Assembly (NCBI GenBank): GCA_031412135.1 | Contig: JANOCL010000151.1 | Location: 13,206 to 77,205, forward strand | DNA: 64,000 nucleotides | Reading direction: 5' to 3' | Origin: Variovorax sp. | Lineage (GTDB): Bacteria; Pseudomonadota; Gammaproteobacteria; Burkholderiales; Burkholderiaceae_C | The notes under the pieces: generated by a model | Told to the model about the DNA's origin: nothing | Database searches by the model: none | The model's input: the letters and a program-made list of their open reading frames with translations, nothing else | Position numbers and translations under genes: made by a program | Shown: in pieces, positions 36,922-46,857 of the stretch | Position numbering within the stretch: the stretch's first letter is position 1 | Layout of the letters: every line of letters begins with the position of its first letter

Positions 36922-37646
36922 CCGCGCTCCTGAAGACAACCGGCGTCTCCAAGCACTTCGGCGGCCATGCCGCCGTGTCGGACGTCGATCTCGAAGTCAA
37001 GCGCGGCGAGATCCACTGCCTCATCGGCCCCAATGGCGCGGGCAAGAGCACGCTCTTCAAGCTGGTCGTCGGCACGCACGAGGCATCGGCCGGCACGATC
37101 GAGTTTCTGGGCCGGAACGTCACGCGCGAGCGTCCGTACCAGCGCGTCAAGCAGGGCATGAGCATCAAGATGCAGACGCCGAGCGTGTTCAAGGAGCTGC
37201 CGGTGCGGCAGAACATCCACATCGCGCTGCAGCACCATGTGACCGGCGCCGACCTTGCACGCGAGGAGGACCGGCTGCTGGAGCTGCTCGATCTCACGCG
37301 CGATGCGGGCAAGCTCGCCGGCGTCCTGGCGCACGGCCAGCAGCAGTGGCTCGAGATCGGCATGGCGCTGGCATTGAAGCCGGTGCTGCTGCTGATGGAC
37401 GAGCCGACGGCCGGGCTGTCGCCGGAAGAAACCTTCAAGACCGGCGAGCTGATCCAGAAGCTCAATGCGCAAGGCATGACGGTGCTGGTCGTGGAGCACG
37501 ACATGGCCTTCATCCGGCAGATCGCGCAGCGTGTCACGGTGCTGCACTTCGGCAAGGTGTTCGCCGAAGGGGCCATCGGCGACATCATCTCCGACCCGCG
37601 CGTGGCCGAGATCTACCTTGGCAAGACCCAGAAAAATGAACACTGA
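36918..37646 (+). CDS. ABC transporter ATP-binding protein (LivG/UrtD-like)
   Basis: Internal ATG overlaps the upstream stop (ATGA). Walker A GPNGAGKST. Walker B LLMDEPTAGLS. Confidence 0.9.
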   Translation: MTALLKTTGVSKHFGGHAAVSDVDLEVKRGEIHCLIGPNGAGKSTLFKLVVGTHEASAGTIEFLGRNVTRERPYQRVKQGMSIKMQTPSVFKELPVRQNIHIALQHHVTGADLAREEDRLLELLDLTRDAGKLAGVLAHGQQQWLEIGMALALKPVLLLMDEPTAGLSPEETFKTGELIQKLNAQGMTVLVVEHDMAFIRQIAQRVTVLHFGKVFAEGAIGDIISDPRVAEIYLGKTQKNEH

Positions 37647-38346
37647 ACCGGTTCTCGAAGTGGAAGGCCTGCAGGCCGCGTACGGCGAAACGCCGATCCT
37701 GCAGGGCGTCGACCTCGTGGTCGGCAAGGGCGAGATCGTCAGCCTGATCGGTCGAAATGGCGTCGGCAAGACGACCACGATGCGCTGCCTCATAGGCTTG
37801 CTGCGAGCCCGTGGCGGCAGCATCCGCTTGCTCGGCCACGACATCACATCGCTGTCCAGCGATGCGCGGGCGCGCCGCGGCATCGGCTATGTGCCGCAGG
37901 GGCGCGAGGTGTTCCCGCGCATGACGGTGGCCGAGAACCTGATGGTCGGCGAGCTGGTCGGCGGCCGCGACAGCAAGAAGCAGCCCGATCTGGTCTACCA
38001 GTACTTTCCGCGGCTTGCCGAGCGACGCCGCCAGCTCGCCGGAACCATGTCGGGCGGCGAGCAACAGCAGCTTGCGATCGGGCGCGCACTGGTCGGCAAT
38101 CCGGTGCTGATGCTGCTCGACGAACCGTCGGAAGGCATCCAGCCATCGATCGTGCAGCTGATCTGCGACGTGCTGCGGGGCATCCGGCGCGATCTCGGCA
38201 CCACGATTCTTTTCGTCGAGCAGAACCTCGACACCATCCTCGACGTCGGCGAGCGAGCGTACGTCATGGAAAAAGGACGCGTGGTGGGACGCATCGACGC
38301 GGGCCACATGGACGCGGCGACGGTGCGCAGCCACCTGATGATCTGA
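37636..38346 (+). CDS. ABC transporter ATP-binding protein (LivF/UrtE-like)
   Basis: Internal ATG of track ORF 37531..38346. Walker A GRNGVGKTT, signature MSGGEQQQLAIGRAL and Walker B LMLLDEPSEG. Confidence 0.9.
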   Translation: MNTEPVLEVEGLQAAYGETPILQGVDLVVGKGEIVSLIGRNGVGKTTTMRCLIGLLRARGGSIRLLGHDITSLSSDARARRGIGYVPQGREVFPRMTVAENLMVGELVGGRDSKKQPDLVYQYFPRLAERRRQLAGTMSGGEQQQLAIGRALVGNPVLMLLDEPSEGIQPSIVQLICDVLRGIRRDLGTTILFVEQNLDTILDVGERAYVMEKGRVVGRIDAGHMDAATVRSHLMI

Positions 38347-38379
38347 CCGGCATGCAAGCACAACTCTGGGGAAACACAT

Positions 38380-39372
38380 ATGAGCTGGCTCGATAGATCG
38401 ATCATGCAAACGCGCGGCGTCGGCCGCGGCAGCAGCATGGCAATGCACGAACTCACCGAGGCGAAACAGGGCACCTTCCATTTCACGATCGGCCCCTATT
38501 CGCCGCCGGTGATGACAGTCAAGCCCGGCGACCGAATCGTGGTGGAGACGCGCGATGCCTTCAACGGCAAGATCAAGACCGAGCGGGACATGCCGTCCAA
38601 GGTGCTGACGATGCCGTTCGTCAACCCGCAGAACGGGCCGATCATGATCGAGGGCGCCGAACCTGGCGACACGGTGGCAGTCCATATCGAATCGATGGCC
38701 CCGCGCGGCGACAACCCCCGTGGCACCTGCTGCATGATCCCGGACTTCGGGGCCTTGAGCGGCACTGCCTTCACCGCGCTCCTGAACGAATCGCTGCCGG
38801 AGAAGGTGCGAAAGATCGATGTCGACGAAGACGGCGTGTACTGGAGCAAGCGGGTCACGCTGCCTTACAAGCCGCACATCGGTACCTTGAGCTGTTCGCC
38901 CGAGATCGATTCGATCAACAGTCTCACGCCGGACCAGCACGGCGGCAACATGGACCTGCCCGACATGGGCCCGGGCAGCATCACCTACCTGCCGGTGTGG
39001 ACGCCGGGGGCGCGTCTTTTCATCGGCGACGCGCATGCCTGCCAAGGCGACGGCGAGGTTTGCGGCACTGCGGTCGAGTACCCGAGCCTGACGACCATCC
39101 GCGTCGACGTCATCAAGGGCTGGAAGCTCTCGTGGCCACGGCTCGAGACAGAAACCATGATCATGGCCATCGGCAGCGCGCGCCCGCTCGAAGACGCAAC
39201 ACGCATCGCCTACAAGGAACTGATCCTGTGGATGGAAGCCGAGTACGGCTTCGACCGCTGGGACGCCTACATGATGCTCAGCCAGTGCGGCAAGGTGCGC
39301 CTTGGCAACTTCGTCGATCCCAAGTACACCGTTGGCGCCGGCATCAGCAAGGACTACCTGGCGGGCGCCTGA
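38380..39372 (+). CDS. Acetamidase/formamidase-family protein (FmdA/AmdA)
   Basis: 330 aa with GGGGAA 6-7 nt upstream of the ATG. VKPGDRIVVETRDAFNG...NPQNGPIMIEGAEPGDTVAVHIE is typical of the FmdA_AmdA family. The internal Met at MAMHEL is an alternative start. Confidence 0.82.
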   Translation: MSWLDRSIMQTRGVGRGSSMAMHELTEAKQGTFHFTIGPYSPPVMTVKPGDRIVVETRDAFNGKIKTERDMPSKVLTMPFVNPQNGPIMIEGAEPGDTVAVHIESMAPRGDNPRGTCCMIPDFGALSGTAFTALLNESLPEKVRKIDVDEDGVYWSKRVTLPYKPHIGTLSCSPEIDSINSLTPDQHGGNMDLPDMGPGSITYLPVWTPGARLFIGDAHACQGDGEVCGTAVEYPSLTTIRVDVIKGWKLSWPRLETETMIMAIGSARPLEDATRIAYKELILWMEAEYGFDRWDAYMMLSQCGKVRLGNFVDPKYTVGAGISKDYLAGA

Positions 39373-40729
39373 GGGCGTCGGAGAGCGTGGCCTCGACGGC
39401 CAGAGCCACCGCTGCCAACCGCTGGTCGTTGCCATTCACCGATGAGAGCATCAGCCCGACCGGCAGCTCGCCTTGGCGGTGGCACGGCAGACTGAAGGCG
39501 CAGCCGTCCAGGAAATTGATTGCGAAGGTGTTGCGCAGCAGCAGGCCATTGGCCTTGAAGAACTCGATGTCGCTGGACAGCGATTCGATGGTCGGTGCCA
39601 CGATCGGCACTGTGGGCGACAGCAGCGCATCGAAACTTTCGAGCGCCTGCCCGACGCGCCGGGTCCACTCGCCGCGACGGTCCTGCATGACGATGTAGTC
39701 GGCCGCGCCGACCGACGTCCCCAGATCGATGCGGGCCGCGACCCGCGGATCGAAACGCGCCCGATGCGCTGCAATGCGCGTGCGGTGCACGGCCGATGCC
39801 TCGACCGGCGAGAAGCCGCCGGGTGCGTTGATCTGTGCGATTTCGAGCAGTTCCGAAAGCGCAATGTCCACCACGACCGCGCCGGCCGCGGACAAGCTTG
39901 TGACCGCATGCTCGAAGGCGCGCGCAACTGCAGGTTCGATGCCATCGAACATCAGCGCCTGCGGCACGGCCAACCGCATGCCCTGGAGCGGGCGCCTGCG
40001 CACCTGCAGCGGCGCATCGGCGATCTGGCCGTCCACCAGGATGCAATCGGCCACGCTGCGCGTCATGGCGCACACGGTGTCCAGCGATCGAGCGAGTTCG
40101 AAGGCGCCGGTTCTCGGCACGCGGCGCTGCGTCGGCTTGAAGCCCACAAGGCCGCAGAGGGCAGCCGGAATGCGGATCGAGCCGCCGGTGTCCGAACCCA
40201 GCGCCGCCACGGCCAGGCCGAGCGCGACCGACACTGCCGCACCGGAAGACGACCCGCCCGGGACCCGCGCGGCGTTTTCATCGGCCGGGTTGCGCGGCGT
40301 ACCGTAATGCGGGTTGATGCCCACGCCGGAGAAGGCGAACTCGGTCATGTTGGTCTTGCCGACGATGGCGGCGCCAGCTGCGCGCAGGCGTGCCACGGCG
40401 GCCGCGTCGGACAGGGCCGGCGGCTCACCCTGGCACACCACGGAACCGGCCATGGTGGTTTCACCGGCGACGTCGTACAGGTCCTTGATGCTGATGGGCA
40501 GGCCAGCCAGCGGCGGGAGCATCACGCCGGCACGCTGCGCCGCATCGGCATGGCGCGCCGCTGCCAGCGCGGCGGCGGCGTAGACCCGGGTGAACACGTG
40601 CGCGGCAGCGGAGCCCGCCATGCCTTCGAGCGCCTGGCCCACCAGCGCCTCGTGCGAAATCCGGCCCGCCGCGAGTCGCTCCCGCAGCAAGCCGATGCTG
40701 CCGGGTACCCGCGGCGTTAGGTCCGCCAT
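39344..40729 (-). CDS. Amidase-signature enzyme (third paralog)
   Basis: 461 aa. Contains GLPISIKDLYDV and PGGSSSGAAVSVALGLAVAALGSDTGGSIRIPAA. Its 3' end overlaps the convergent formamidase gene by 29 nt. Confidence 0.9.
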   Translation of the reverse strand: MADLTPRVPGSIGLLRERLAAGRISHEALVGQALEGMAGSAAAHVFTRVYAAAALAAARHADAAQRAGVMLPPLAGLPISIKDLYDVAGETTMAGSVVCQGEPPALSDAAAVARLRAAGAAIVGKTNMTEFAFSGVGINPHYGTPRNPADENAARVPGGSSSGAAVSVALGLAVAALGSDTGGSIRIPAALCGLVGFKPTQRRVPRTGAFELARSLDTVCAMTRSVADCILVDGQIADAPLQVRRRPLQGMRLAVPQALMFDGIEPAVARAFEHAVTSLSAAGAVVVDIALSELLEIAQINAPGGFSPVEASAVHRTRIAAHRARFDPRVAARIDLGTSVGAADYIVMQDRRGEWTRRVGQALESFDALLSPTVPIVAPTIESLSSDIEFFKANGLLLRNTFAINFLDGCAFSLPCHRQGELPVGLMLSSVNGNDQRLAAVALAVEATLSDALRRPPGSPC

Positions 40730-41448
40730 CAGGCGACCACCTCGAGCACGTGGACGGCATACCGGTGCACGATGCTGCGCCGGGTGCGGGGGTCGTGGAT
40801 TTCAAGCTCCATCTGTGCGGCGGCGCGAATGCCTTCGCCGCGCTTGTCAGGAATTGCGCCCAGGGTGCCGCAGGTCATGAAGCGGCCTTCCGTCGCATCA
40901 CCGGCAGCGAAGCCGCCCTCGCGCAGTCCGTCCAGTGCGCGGATCGATGCGAAGCTGCCCTCCTGGTAGCTCACCCACTCGCCGTTCTCGAAAATGCGCG
41001 AACGCAGGAGCAGTTCGTCCTGGTAGGGCGCGACGTCCGACCAGCGCCAGGCGCAGGTTGCGACCGGCTTGGCGCACATCTGCTTGGACACCGCCACGGA
41101 ATAGGTCTCGACCTGCCGGTCGGTATGGTCCGAGGCCACGGTGAGCCACCATTGCCCGGCAGCGAAGAAGAATGTCGGCTCCGCCTCGCCGGAGCTGTGC
41201 GGCCCGAGCGCCTCGATCACCGGCGCCTGGGTCAGCAATTGGGCACTGGCCTGGTAGTAGAGCGGCACGCTGGACGGGCGCGGCACGCCGATGGCTTCCA
41301 GTTCCTCGATGTGGTGCGCAATGGCCGCGGCGTCCCGCCCGGTCCACCCGGCGATGACCAGTCGGCGTGGCACCACGCCCAGGAGCTGCGTCGAGCGCGT
41401 GCCGTCGGTCGCGACGGATTCGCAGGCGAACTGGAGTGTCGTTGTCAT
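40729..41448 (-). CDS. DUF2848-like protein of unknown function
   Basis: Track ORF 40729..41496; I prefer the ATG at 41448 (GGAG 9 nt upstream). The stop overlaps the amidase start (TGATG). The family call is from memory of DUF2848 proteins (about 230 aa, often next to amidases) and is unverified. Confidence 0.6.
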   Translation of the reverse strand: MTTTLQFACESVATDGTRSTQLLGVVPRRLVIAGWTGRDAAAIAHHIEELEAIGVPRPSSVPLYYQASAQLLTQAPVIEALGPHSSGEAEPTFFFAAGQWWLTVASDHTDRQVETYSVAVSKQMCAKPVATCAWRWSDVAPYQDELLLRSRIFENGEWVSYQEGSFASIRALDGLREGGFAAGDATEGRFMTCGTLGAIPDKRGEGIRAAAQMELEIHDPRTRRSIVHRYAVHVLEVVA

Positions 41449-41471
41449 CGGGGAAGTCTCCTGGAAGGAAG

Positions 41472-42872
41472 TCACATCAGATGGGCTGGCAGCCACAGTG
41501 CGATTGCCGGGAACAGCATCAGCACGATGATGGCCAGCATGTAGACGAGCATGAAGGGCATGACGCCGGCGAACACGTCGGTGATCGGCCCGGGCTGGCG
41601 CCGCATTCCCTGCAGCACATACAGCACGGTGCCGTCTGGCGGGCTGATCATGGCGATCTCGACCAGCATGGTGATGACGACGCCGAACCAGATCGGGTCG
41701 TAGCCGAGCGCGGTCACCACCGGAAACAGCAGCGGGATGGTGGTGATCACCATCGACATGCCCTCCATGAAAGTGCCCAGTGCGAGGTAGAAGCCGATGA
41801 TCACCAGCATGATCACCCAGCCCGGGAACGGCAGCCCGGTGAGAAACTTCGCCAGCATCTGCGGGATGCCGAGCGACGACAGGATGTAGTTCAGAAAGTA
41901 GGCGCCGAACAGGATCAGCGCGATCATGGATGTGGTGCGCGCCGTAGCGCGCATCGACTCGGACATCATTTTCCAGGTGAGTTGGCGGTCCACCCGCGCG
42001 AGCACCAGGCTGCCCGCGACGCCGAGGGCAGCCGACTCGGTGGGGGTGGCCCAGCCGGCATAGATGGTGCCGAGCACCAGGGCGATCAGCAGCGCGGTGG
42101 GCACCAGGTCCGACAGGCTCGCGATACGGTGCTTCCAGGTGATGGCCAGTGCGCCCGCGTCGCCATGGAGCTTCAGCTTGTAGCTGTAGTAGAGGATGAC
42201 GGCGGTGAACAGCGACACGACCAGGATGCTGGGGCCGATGGCAGCCAGGTAGAGCGCACCCACCGAGGTTTCGGTGATGAGCCCGTAGATGATGAAGGTG
42301 ATGCCGGGCGGGATCAGGTTGCCAAGCGCACCGCCGGCGGCGAGCGAGCCGAGCACGAGCTTGGGTGGATAGTGGCTTTTCTCGAAGTACGGCAGCGCGA
42401 CTGAGCCCATGGTGGCCGCCGTCGCCACGCTGGAGCCGGCGATGGCGGAGAACACGCCGCAGGAGATGATGTTGGTGTGCAGCAGGCCGCCCGGCAGGCG
42501 CCCCATCCAGATGTTAAGGGCGCGGTACAGCCGCTCGGACAGGCCTGCGCGCAGCATGACCTCGCCCATCAGAAGAAAGAGGGGCACCGACACCAGCACG
42601 AAATTGGTCGATGGCGCCCAGATCATCTCGCCGATGAAGTTCCAGAACGGGCGGTCCGACAGACCGAAGCCGGCCAGCAGCGACAGCACGGCAAGCGCCG
42701 CACCGACATAGATGCCGCCGGCGAAGAAGCCGACGAAGGCAAGGAGAACGGCGCCCAGCGCCCACCACGGCACGCTGGCGGAGGCGGCTGCCGTCGCGCT
42801 GCCCTGGACGCCAAAGAGCGAGGCGCCCCCAATCAGGATGCCGATCGCGACGATGAAGACGATCGCGATCAT
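41472..42872 (-). CDS. TRAP transporter large permease subunit (DctM family)
   Basis: Internal ATG of track ORF 41472..43460 (MIAIVFIVAIGIL...). About 466 aa, polytopic. Contains PLFLLMGEVMLRAGLSERLY, typical of DctM. The upstream extension is Arg/Gly-rich junk. Confidence 0.9.
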   Translation of the reverse strand: MIAIVFIVAIGILIGGASLFGVQGSATAAASASVPWWALGAVLLAFVGFFAGGIYVGAALAVLSLLAGFGLSDRPFWNFIGEMIWAPSTNFVLVSVPLFLLMGEVMLRAGLSERLYRALNIWMGRLPGGLLHTNIISCGVFSAIAGSSVATAATMGSVALPYFEKSHYPPKLVLGSLAAGGALGNLIPPGITFIIYGLITETSVGALYLAAIGPSILVVSLFTAVILYYSYKLKLHGDAGALAITWKHRIASLSDLVPTALLIALVLGTIYAGWATPTESAALGVAGSLVLARVDRQLTWKMMSESMRATARTTSMIALILFGAYFLNYILSSLGIPQMLAKFLTGLPFPGWVIMLVIIGFYLALGTFMEGMSMVITTIPLLFPVVTALGYDPIWFGVVITMLVEIAMISPPDGTVLYVLQGMRRQPGPITDVFAGVMPFMLVYMLAIIVLMLFPAIALWLPAHLM

Positions 42873-43477
42873 CGCGGCGCTCCCGCCGCTGCGGAATGCC
42901 GCATGCCCTGCTGGGCTTCGGCGACCGCCTCGAGCGTTTCGGCGGCCTCGTCGACATAGGTCCGGGCCATCAGCATGCGGTCCATGGCATCGGCGTCGCC
43001 GCTCGCGAGCTGGCCGATCGCTCGCGCACCGACCGCGACGCCGGCCACCAGCAGCAGCACCAGCCCCGCGGCCCACAGCCCCTGCGGGATCGCCAGCGGG
43101 GTGTGCAGCGCGGAAAGATCGGTCGCGCCGAAATCCCAGGAGTCCTTTGCGAGAGAGAACGCGCCCCAGGCGAAAAAACCGGTCGCCACCAGCAGCGCCG
43201 CGAGCGAAGCCAGGTGCAGCCACACGCGCAGCTTCAACGGCAGCTTCTGCACCAGCACATCGATGCGTACATGGCCGCGCTCCAGCAGCGTACCGGCCAG
43301 CCCCCAGCTCATGCCGATCGCCATCAGGTACCCGGTGACCTCGGTGGTCGCCTCCGTCGAGAAGCCCAGCAGGCGCCGGGCTGCGATGTCGAAGCAGATC
43401 AGCAGGGTGATGGCCAGGTAGCACCAGCCGGCGATCGTCATCGCCCTGGCACTGATCCACTCGATGGAACGGAACAT
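42869..43477 (-). CDS. TRAP transporter small permease subunit (DctQ family)
   Basis: Track ORF 42869..43513; the preferred start is MFRSIEWISARAM. Four predicted TM segments. The stop overlaps the DctM start (ATGA). Confidence 0.85.
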   Translation of the reverse strand: MFRSIEWISARAMTIAGWCYLAITLLICFDIAARRLLGFSTEATTEVTGYLMAIGMSWGLAGTLLERGHVRIDVLVQKLPLKLRVWLHLASLAALLVATGFFAWGAFSLAKDSWDFGATDLSALHTPLAIPQGLWAAGLVLLLVAGVAVGARAIGQLASGDADAMDRMLMARTYVDEAAETLEAVAEAQQGMRHSAAAGAPR

Positions 43478-43509
43478 GGCATTGCCGCGGTGAAGGCGCC
43501 CTGCCCTCG

Positions 43510-44583
43510 TCACTTGGCCACGTACTTGATGCCGGTGATCGGTGCGATCACCTCGCCATAGACGGTGGCGCAGCGTTCGCCACAGCGCTTGATCCAGCCG
43601 GGCAGTACTTCGTCGGAGAGATGCTTCTGCAAGGCTGCGGCGACGCTGCTCTCCGGTTTGGCCTCGACCATGGGCTTCTTCATGAGCGTGTGCAGCTTGC
43701 AGTCGGCAGCGCGGCCGACATTGCAGGCGACGCCGTCATTCGTGGCCTCGGCTCCCAGCTTCCATTGCGCCTCCTGGACCTCGGACATCGTCTTTTCGAA
43801 CTGGCTGCGGATGGCGGGGTCGAGCTTGTTCCACCAGGCCAGATTCACGAAGTAGCCTGCAGTCGACCAGGACACCGGCAGCGTGTAGAGGTGTGTCGTG
43901 ACCTCGGGCCACTTGACACCGTTGCCGGAGCCCGCGCCCGTGATGCCGCAGTCGACGGTGCCCCGCTCCAGCGCCGAATAGACCTCGCCGAACGCGAGCG
44001 AGACAGGCTGCCCACCCAGCGACTTGATCAGATCCGATGCCGACGGGCCATTGGTGCGCACCTTCAGCCCTTTCAGATCCGCCAGACTGAGTACGGGTTT
44101 GCGGCAGAACAGCATCTGCCCCGAGAAGGGATAGGTGGCGACCAGCTTGATGCCCAGGCGCTCCAGGTCCTTGTTGGCCACGGGCACCATCGCATCTGCC
44201 ACCTTGCGCGCTTGACCGATCTCCGCGTTCATGCCGGCAAGGTCGACGCCGTCGAGCATCGGCACGTCGCCCGATACCGTGGTCAGCGGTGCCGCGGCCA
44301 TGTCGACCTGCCCCGAACGCACCAGGCGCAGGACTTCCGGCCCGTTCACATTGCGCTCGGGCCACGAGGACAGGATGACCTCCACGCGGCCGTTGGTGGC
44401 CTTGGCGATCCCGTCGCGCAGCAGCGGCTGGTCGACCTTGGTGTATTGGGGGAGGTTGGGCGCCACCTGGGTGATCGCCTGCACGGTGATCTTCGGGCCG
44501 GGCGGCACCTGCGCCAGGCTCGGTGCGGATGCCAGTAGTGCGGCCAGGGCGGTACAGGCGAGGGAAGGCAGTGAACGCTTCAT
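43510..44583 (-). CDS. TRAP transporter substrate-binding protein (DctP family)
   Basis: 357 aa with signal peptide MKRSLPSLACTALAALLASAPSLA. Positioned directly upstream of the DctQ and DctM genes. Confidence 0.85.
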   Translation of the reverse strand: MKRSLPSLACTALAALLASAPSLAQVPPGPKITVQAITQVAPNLPQYTKVDQPLLRDGIAKATNGRVEVILSSWPERNVNGPEVLRLVRSGQVDMAAAPLTTVSGDVPMLDGVDLAGMNAEIGQARKVADAMVPVANKDLERLGIKLVATYPFSGQMLFCRKPVLSLADLKGLKVRTNGPSASDLIKSLGGQPVSLAFGEVYSALERGTVDCGITGAGSGNGVKWPEVTTHLYTLPVSWSTAGYFVNLAWWNKLDPAIRSQFEKTMSEVQEAQWKLGAEATNDGVACNVGRAADCKLHTLMKKPMVEAKPESSVAAALQKHLSDEVLPGWIKRCGERCATVYGEVIAPITGIKYVAK

Positions 44584-44615
44584 CGGGAACTCCAGTGCAA
44601 GAAATGTCGAGACGG

Positions 44616-45425
44616 CTAGAAACTGGCGATGCGGTGATTCAGCAGATCCGTGACCAGCATGCAGCCGGGCGCATGGGTAATGCAGAACGCCGGCCGGGCG
44701 GCCATCACCACGGCCTGTGGCGTCACGCCGCAGGCCCAGAACACGGGCAGTTCATCGTCCATGACCGCGACCGCTTCGCCGAAATCCGGTGCGTCGAGGT
44801 CGGCGATGCCGATCAGGTCGGGGCGTCCGATGTGCACCGGAGCGCCGTGCACCTGTGGAAAGCGCGAGGTGACCTGCACCGAGCGGATGGCGTCGGCGGC
44901 GTTCATCGGCCGCATCGACACCACCAGCGGCCCCCGGAATAGGCCGGCGGGAACGGTCGACAGGCTGGTGCGGTACATCGCCACGTTGCGTCCCTGGGCC
45001 ACATGGCGCAGGGGAACACCGGCTTCCAGCAGCGCCTCCTCGAACGAGAACGAGCAGCCGATGACGAAGCTCACCAGATCGTCGCGCCAGAGGTCGGTCA
45101 CATCCACCGGCTCGTCGCTGAGCACCCCATCGCGCCATACGCGGTAGCGCGGCAGGTCGCTTCGGATGTCGATGCCGTCGCCCAAGGCGGGCAACGCGGG
45201 GTCGCCCGGCTCCGAGACGGCAAGCAGCGGGCAGGGCTTGGGGTTGCGCTGGCAAAAGCGCAGGAAGTCGTCGGCTTCTGCCTTGGGCAGGATCACCAGG
45301 TTGCCCTGCACATGGCCGGGTGCCATGCCGGCCGTGTGACCGTCGTAGCCGCCACTGCGCGCGAGGCGCCGGGCGTCGGCGCCGGTGGAAGCGCGCGTCG
45401 ACAGGGAAGACGCGTTGGCGCTCAT
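44616..45425 (-). CDS. DUF1445 / UPF0317 putative hydro-lyase (D-glutamate-cyclase-like fold)
   Basis: Internal ATG of track ORF 44616..45554. [39 protein letters not shown] matches the UPF0317 hallmark region. Confidence 0.82.
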   Translation of the reverse strand: MSANASSLSTRASTGADARRLARSGGYDGHTAGMAPGHVQGNLVILPKAEADDFLRFCQRNPKPCPLLAVSEPGDPALPALGDGIDIRSDLPRYRVWRDGVLSDEPVDVTDLWRDDLVSFVIGCSFSFEEALLEAGVPLRHVAQGRNVAMYRTSLSTVPAGLFRGPLVVSMRPMNAADAIRSVQVTSRFPQVHGAPVHIGRPDLIGIADLDAPDFGEAVAVMDDELPVFWACGVTPQAVVMAARPAFCITHAPGCMLVTDLLNHRIASF

Positions 45426-45814
45426 TCGTAGTACTGGAACTCGATCAACATGCAGCCCGCAGGAGAGACGAAGGGGCCGTGCACTGCCCCAGGCGGGCGG
45501 CAGGCAAAGGTGTAGGCGTCGAAGCGCTCGCCGCCCTCGCCTGTCGCATCGCAACCGACCACCAACGCCCCTTCGAGGATGAAGACTTCCTCGTGGAAGT
45601 CATGGACCACCGGGCGGTCGATCAGGGCGCCGGCCGCCCAGCGCGCCAGCCGGGTGCGCGAGCCGGTGCGCTCTCGGGTGTCAAGGTTGTCGGCAAGCAG
45701 CAGCTCATCGATGCGGCCCGCCGCCGAGGGCACACGAGACCAGTCGGTGGAAGTCGCGTCGGGTCGGATCGCGAAGAATTCGCGGTGTCTTTTTCGGGTC
45801 GTGAGCTGCTGCAT
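45422..45814 (-). CDS. Cupin-domain protein
   Basis: Track ORF 45422..45892 (GTG start); the ATG at 45814 gives 130 aa. [14 protein letters not shown]...PPGAVHGPF fits the cupin two-motif pattern. The stop overlaps the DUF1445 start (ATGA). Start uncertain. Confidence 0.7.
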   Translation of the reverse strand: MQQLTTRKRHREFFAIRPDATSTDWSRVPSAAGRIDELLLADNLDTRERTGSRTRLARWAAGALIDRPVVHDFHEEVFILEGALVVGCDATGEGGERFDAYTFACRPPGAVHGPFVSPAGCMLIEFQYYE

Positions 45815-45939
45815 CGGCGCCAGTGTTGCGGCGCGCTTGCCGAAGGTCAAACGGGAAATTCTTTGGTCATCCGATAGGTTTCCGTGATGCACGCTTCGGG
45901 CGCACCGGCTTGCCCCGGCTTTGGGCGCACGGGGCCGGA

Positions 45940-46857
45940 TCAGGGCGCGAGGATGTCCTCGCGACTGCTGGCAACGAACTGGTCGCAGGCGCTTTGCGCC
46001 ATGCTCACCAGTGCCTCGGCCAGTGGCGAGACCGGCTCGAGGCGCATGCTGGCGACGAGTGGCAGTGCGATGGGGAGTGGGTCGACGTCAAGCACCACGA
46101 GTTTGCCGAGCAGCAGATCCTGCTGGATGACGGCCACCGGAAGCAGGGCCGTGCCGAATCCGGTGCGCGCCAGGTCGACCATCGCGCCGAGGGACGAGAA
46201 GTAGCTGACCCGCATGTTGGCGCAGCCGCTCGCGTTCTGCGCGATGTTGCGGTAGACGCTCGAATCCCTGTGAAAAGAGATGATGGGCTGCTCCGCGATG
46301 TCGGCAAAAGACAGTCGTGTGCGTGCCGGGAACTTGAGCGCCAACGACGGACTGGTGACCCAGCGCATGGCGAAGTTGGCGATGCGGCGGTTCTCGATGA
46401 AGCCGGGTGTGATCTCTTCCGAGAGGATCGCGCAGTCGAGCGTGCCGCGAAGCAGGTCATCGCGCAGGCGCGGCGTGATGTCCGAGATGAGTTCGAGGGT
46501 GGCGTTTGGAAATTTTTCGGCGAAGCGGGAGAACAGGTCCGGCAGCCAGGTGTGGGCGACGGTCTCGATCACTCCGATGCGCAGCATCCCGCAGAAGGCA
46601 TCGGTGTGACCCATCGCGGCGATCATCCGCGCCTGCATTTCGATCATGCGTTCGGCATGCGGCATGAGTTCGGTGCCGTGGTAAGTCAGCATCACGCCGC
46701 GGTGCTCGCGATCGAAGAGCCGCACGCCGAACTGTTGCTCGAGCGTGGCAATGCGGCTGGAGATCCCGGCCTGGGTGGTGTGCATCTTCTCGGCGGCGGC
46801 CTTGAAGCTCCCGAGCTTCGCCACCCACACGAAAGCCTCGAGAAAACGTACGTTCAC
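45940..46857 (-). CDS. LysR-family transcriptional regulator
   Basis: In-frame GTG at 46857 within track ORF 45940..47001. HTH VRFLEAFVWVAKLGSFKAAAEKMHTTQAGISSRIATLE. Same strand as, and upstream of, the cupin-to-amidase operon. Confidence 0.88.
   Translation of the reverse strand: MNVRFLEAFVWVAKLGSFKAAAEKMHTTQAGISSRIATLEQQFGVRLFDREHRGVMLTYHGTELMPHAERMIEMQARMIAAMGHTDAFCGMLRIGVIETVAHTWLPDLFSRFAEKFPNATLELISDITPRLRDDLLRGTLDCAILSEEITPGFIENRRIANFAMRWVTSPSLALKFPARTRLSFADIAEQPIISFHRDSSVYRNIAQNASGCANMRVSYFSSLGAMVDLARTGFGTALLPVAVIQQDLLLGKLVVLDVDPLPIALPLVASMRLEPVSPLAEALVSMAQSACDQFVASSREDILAP

Noticed and set aside
39344-39372. 29-nt overlap of the convergent formamidase and amidase 3' ends, considered as a sign of a mis-called stop or frameshift.
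   Set aside because: Both ORFs keep family-typical lengths and sequence to their ends. Short convergent overlaps occur in compact GC-rich genomes.
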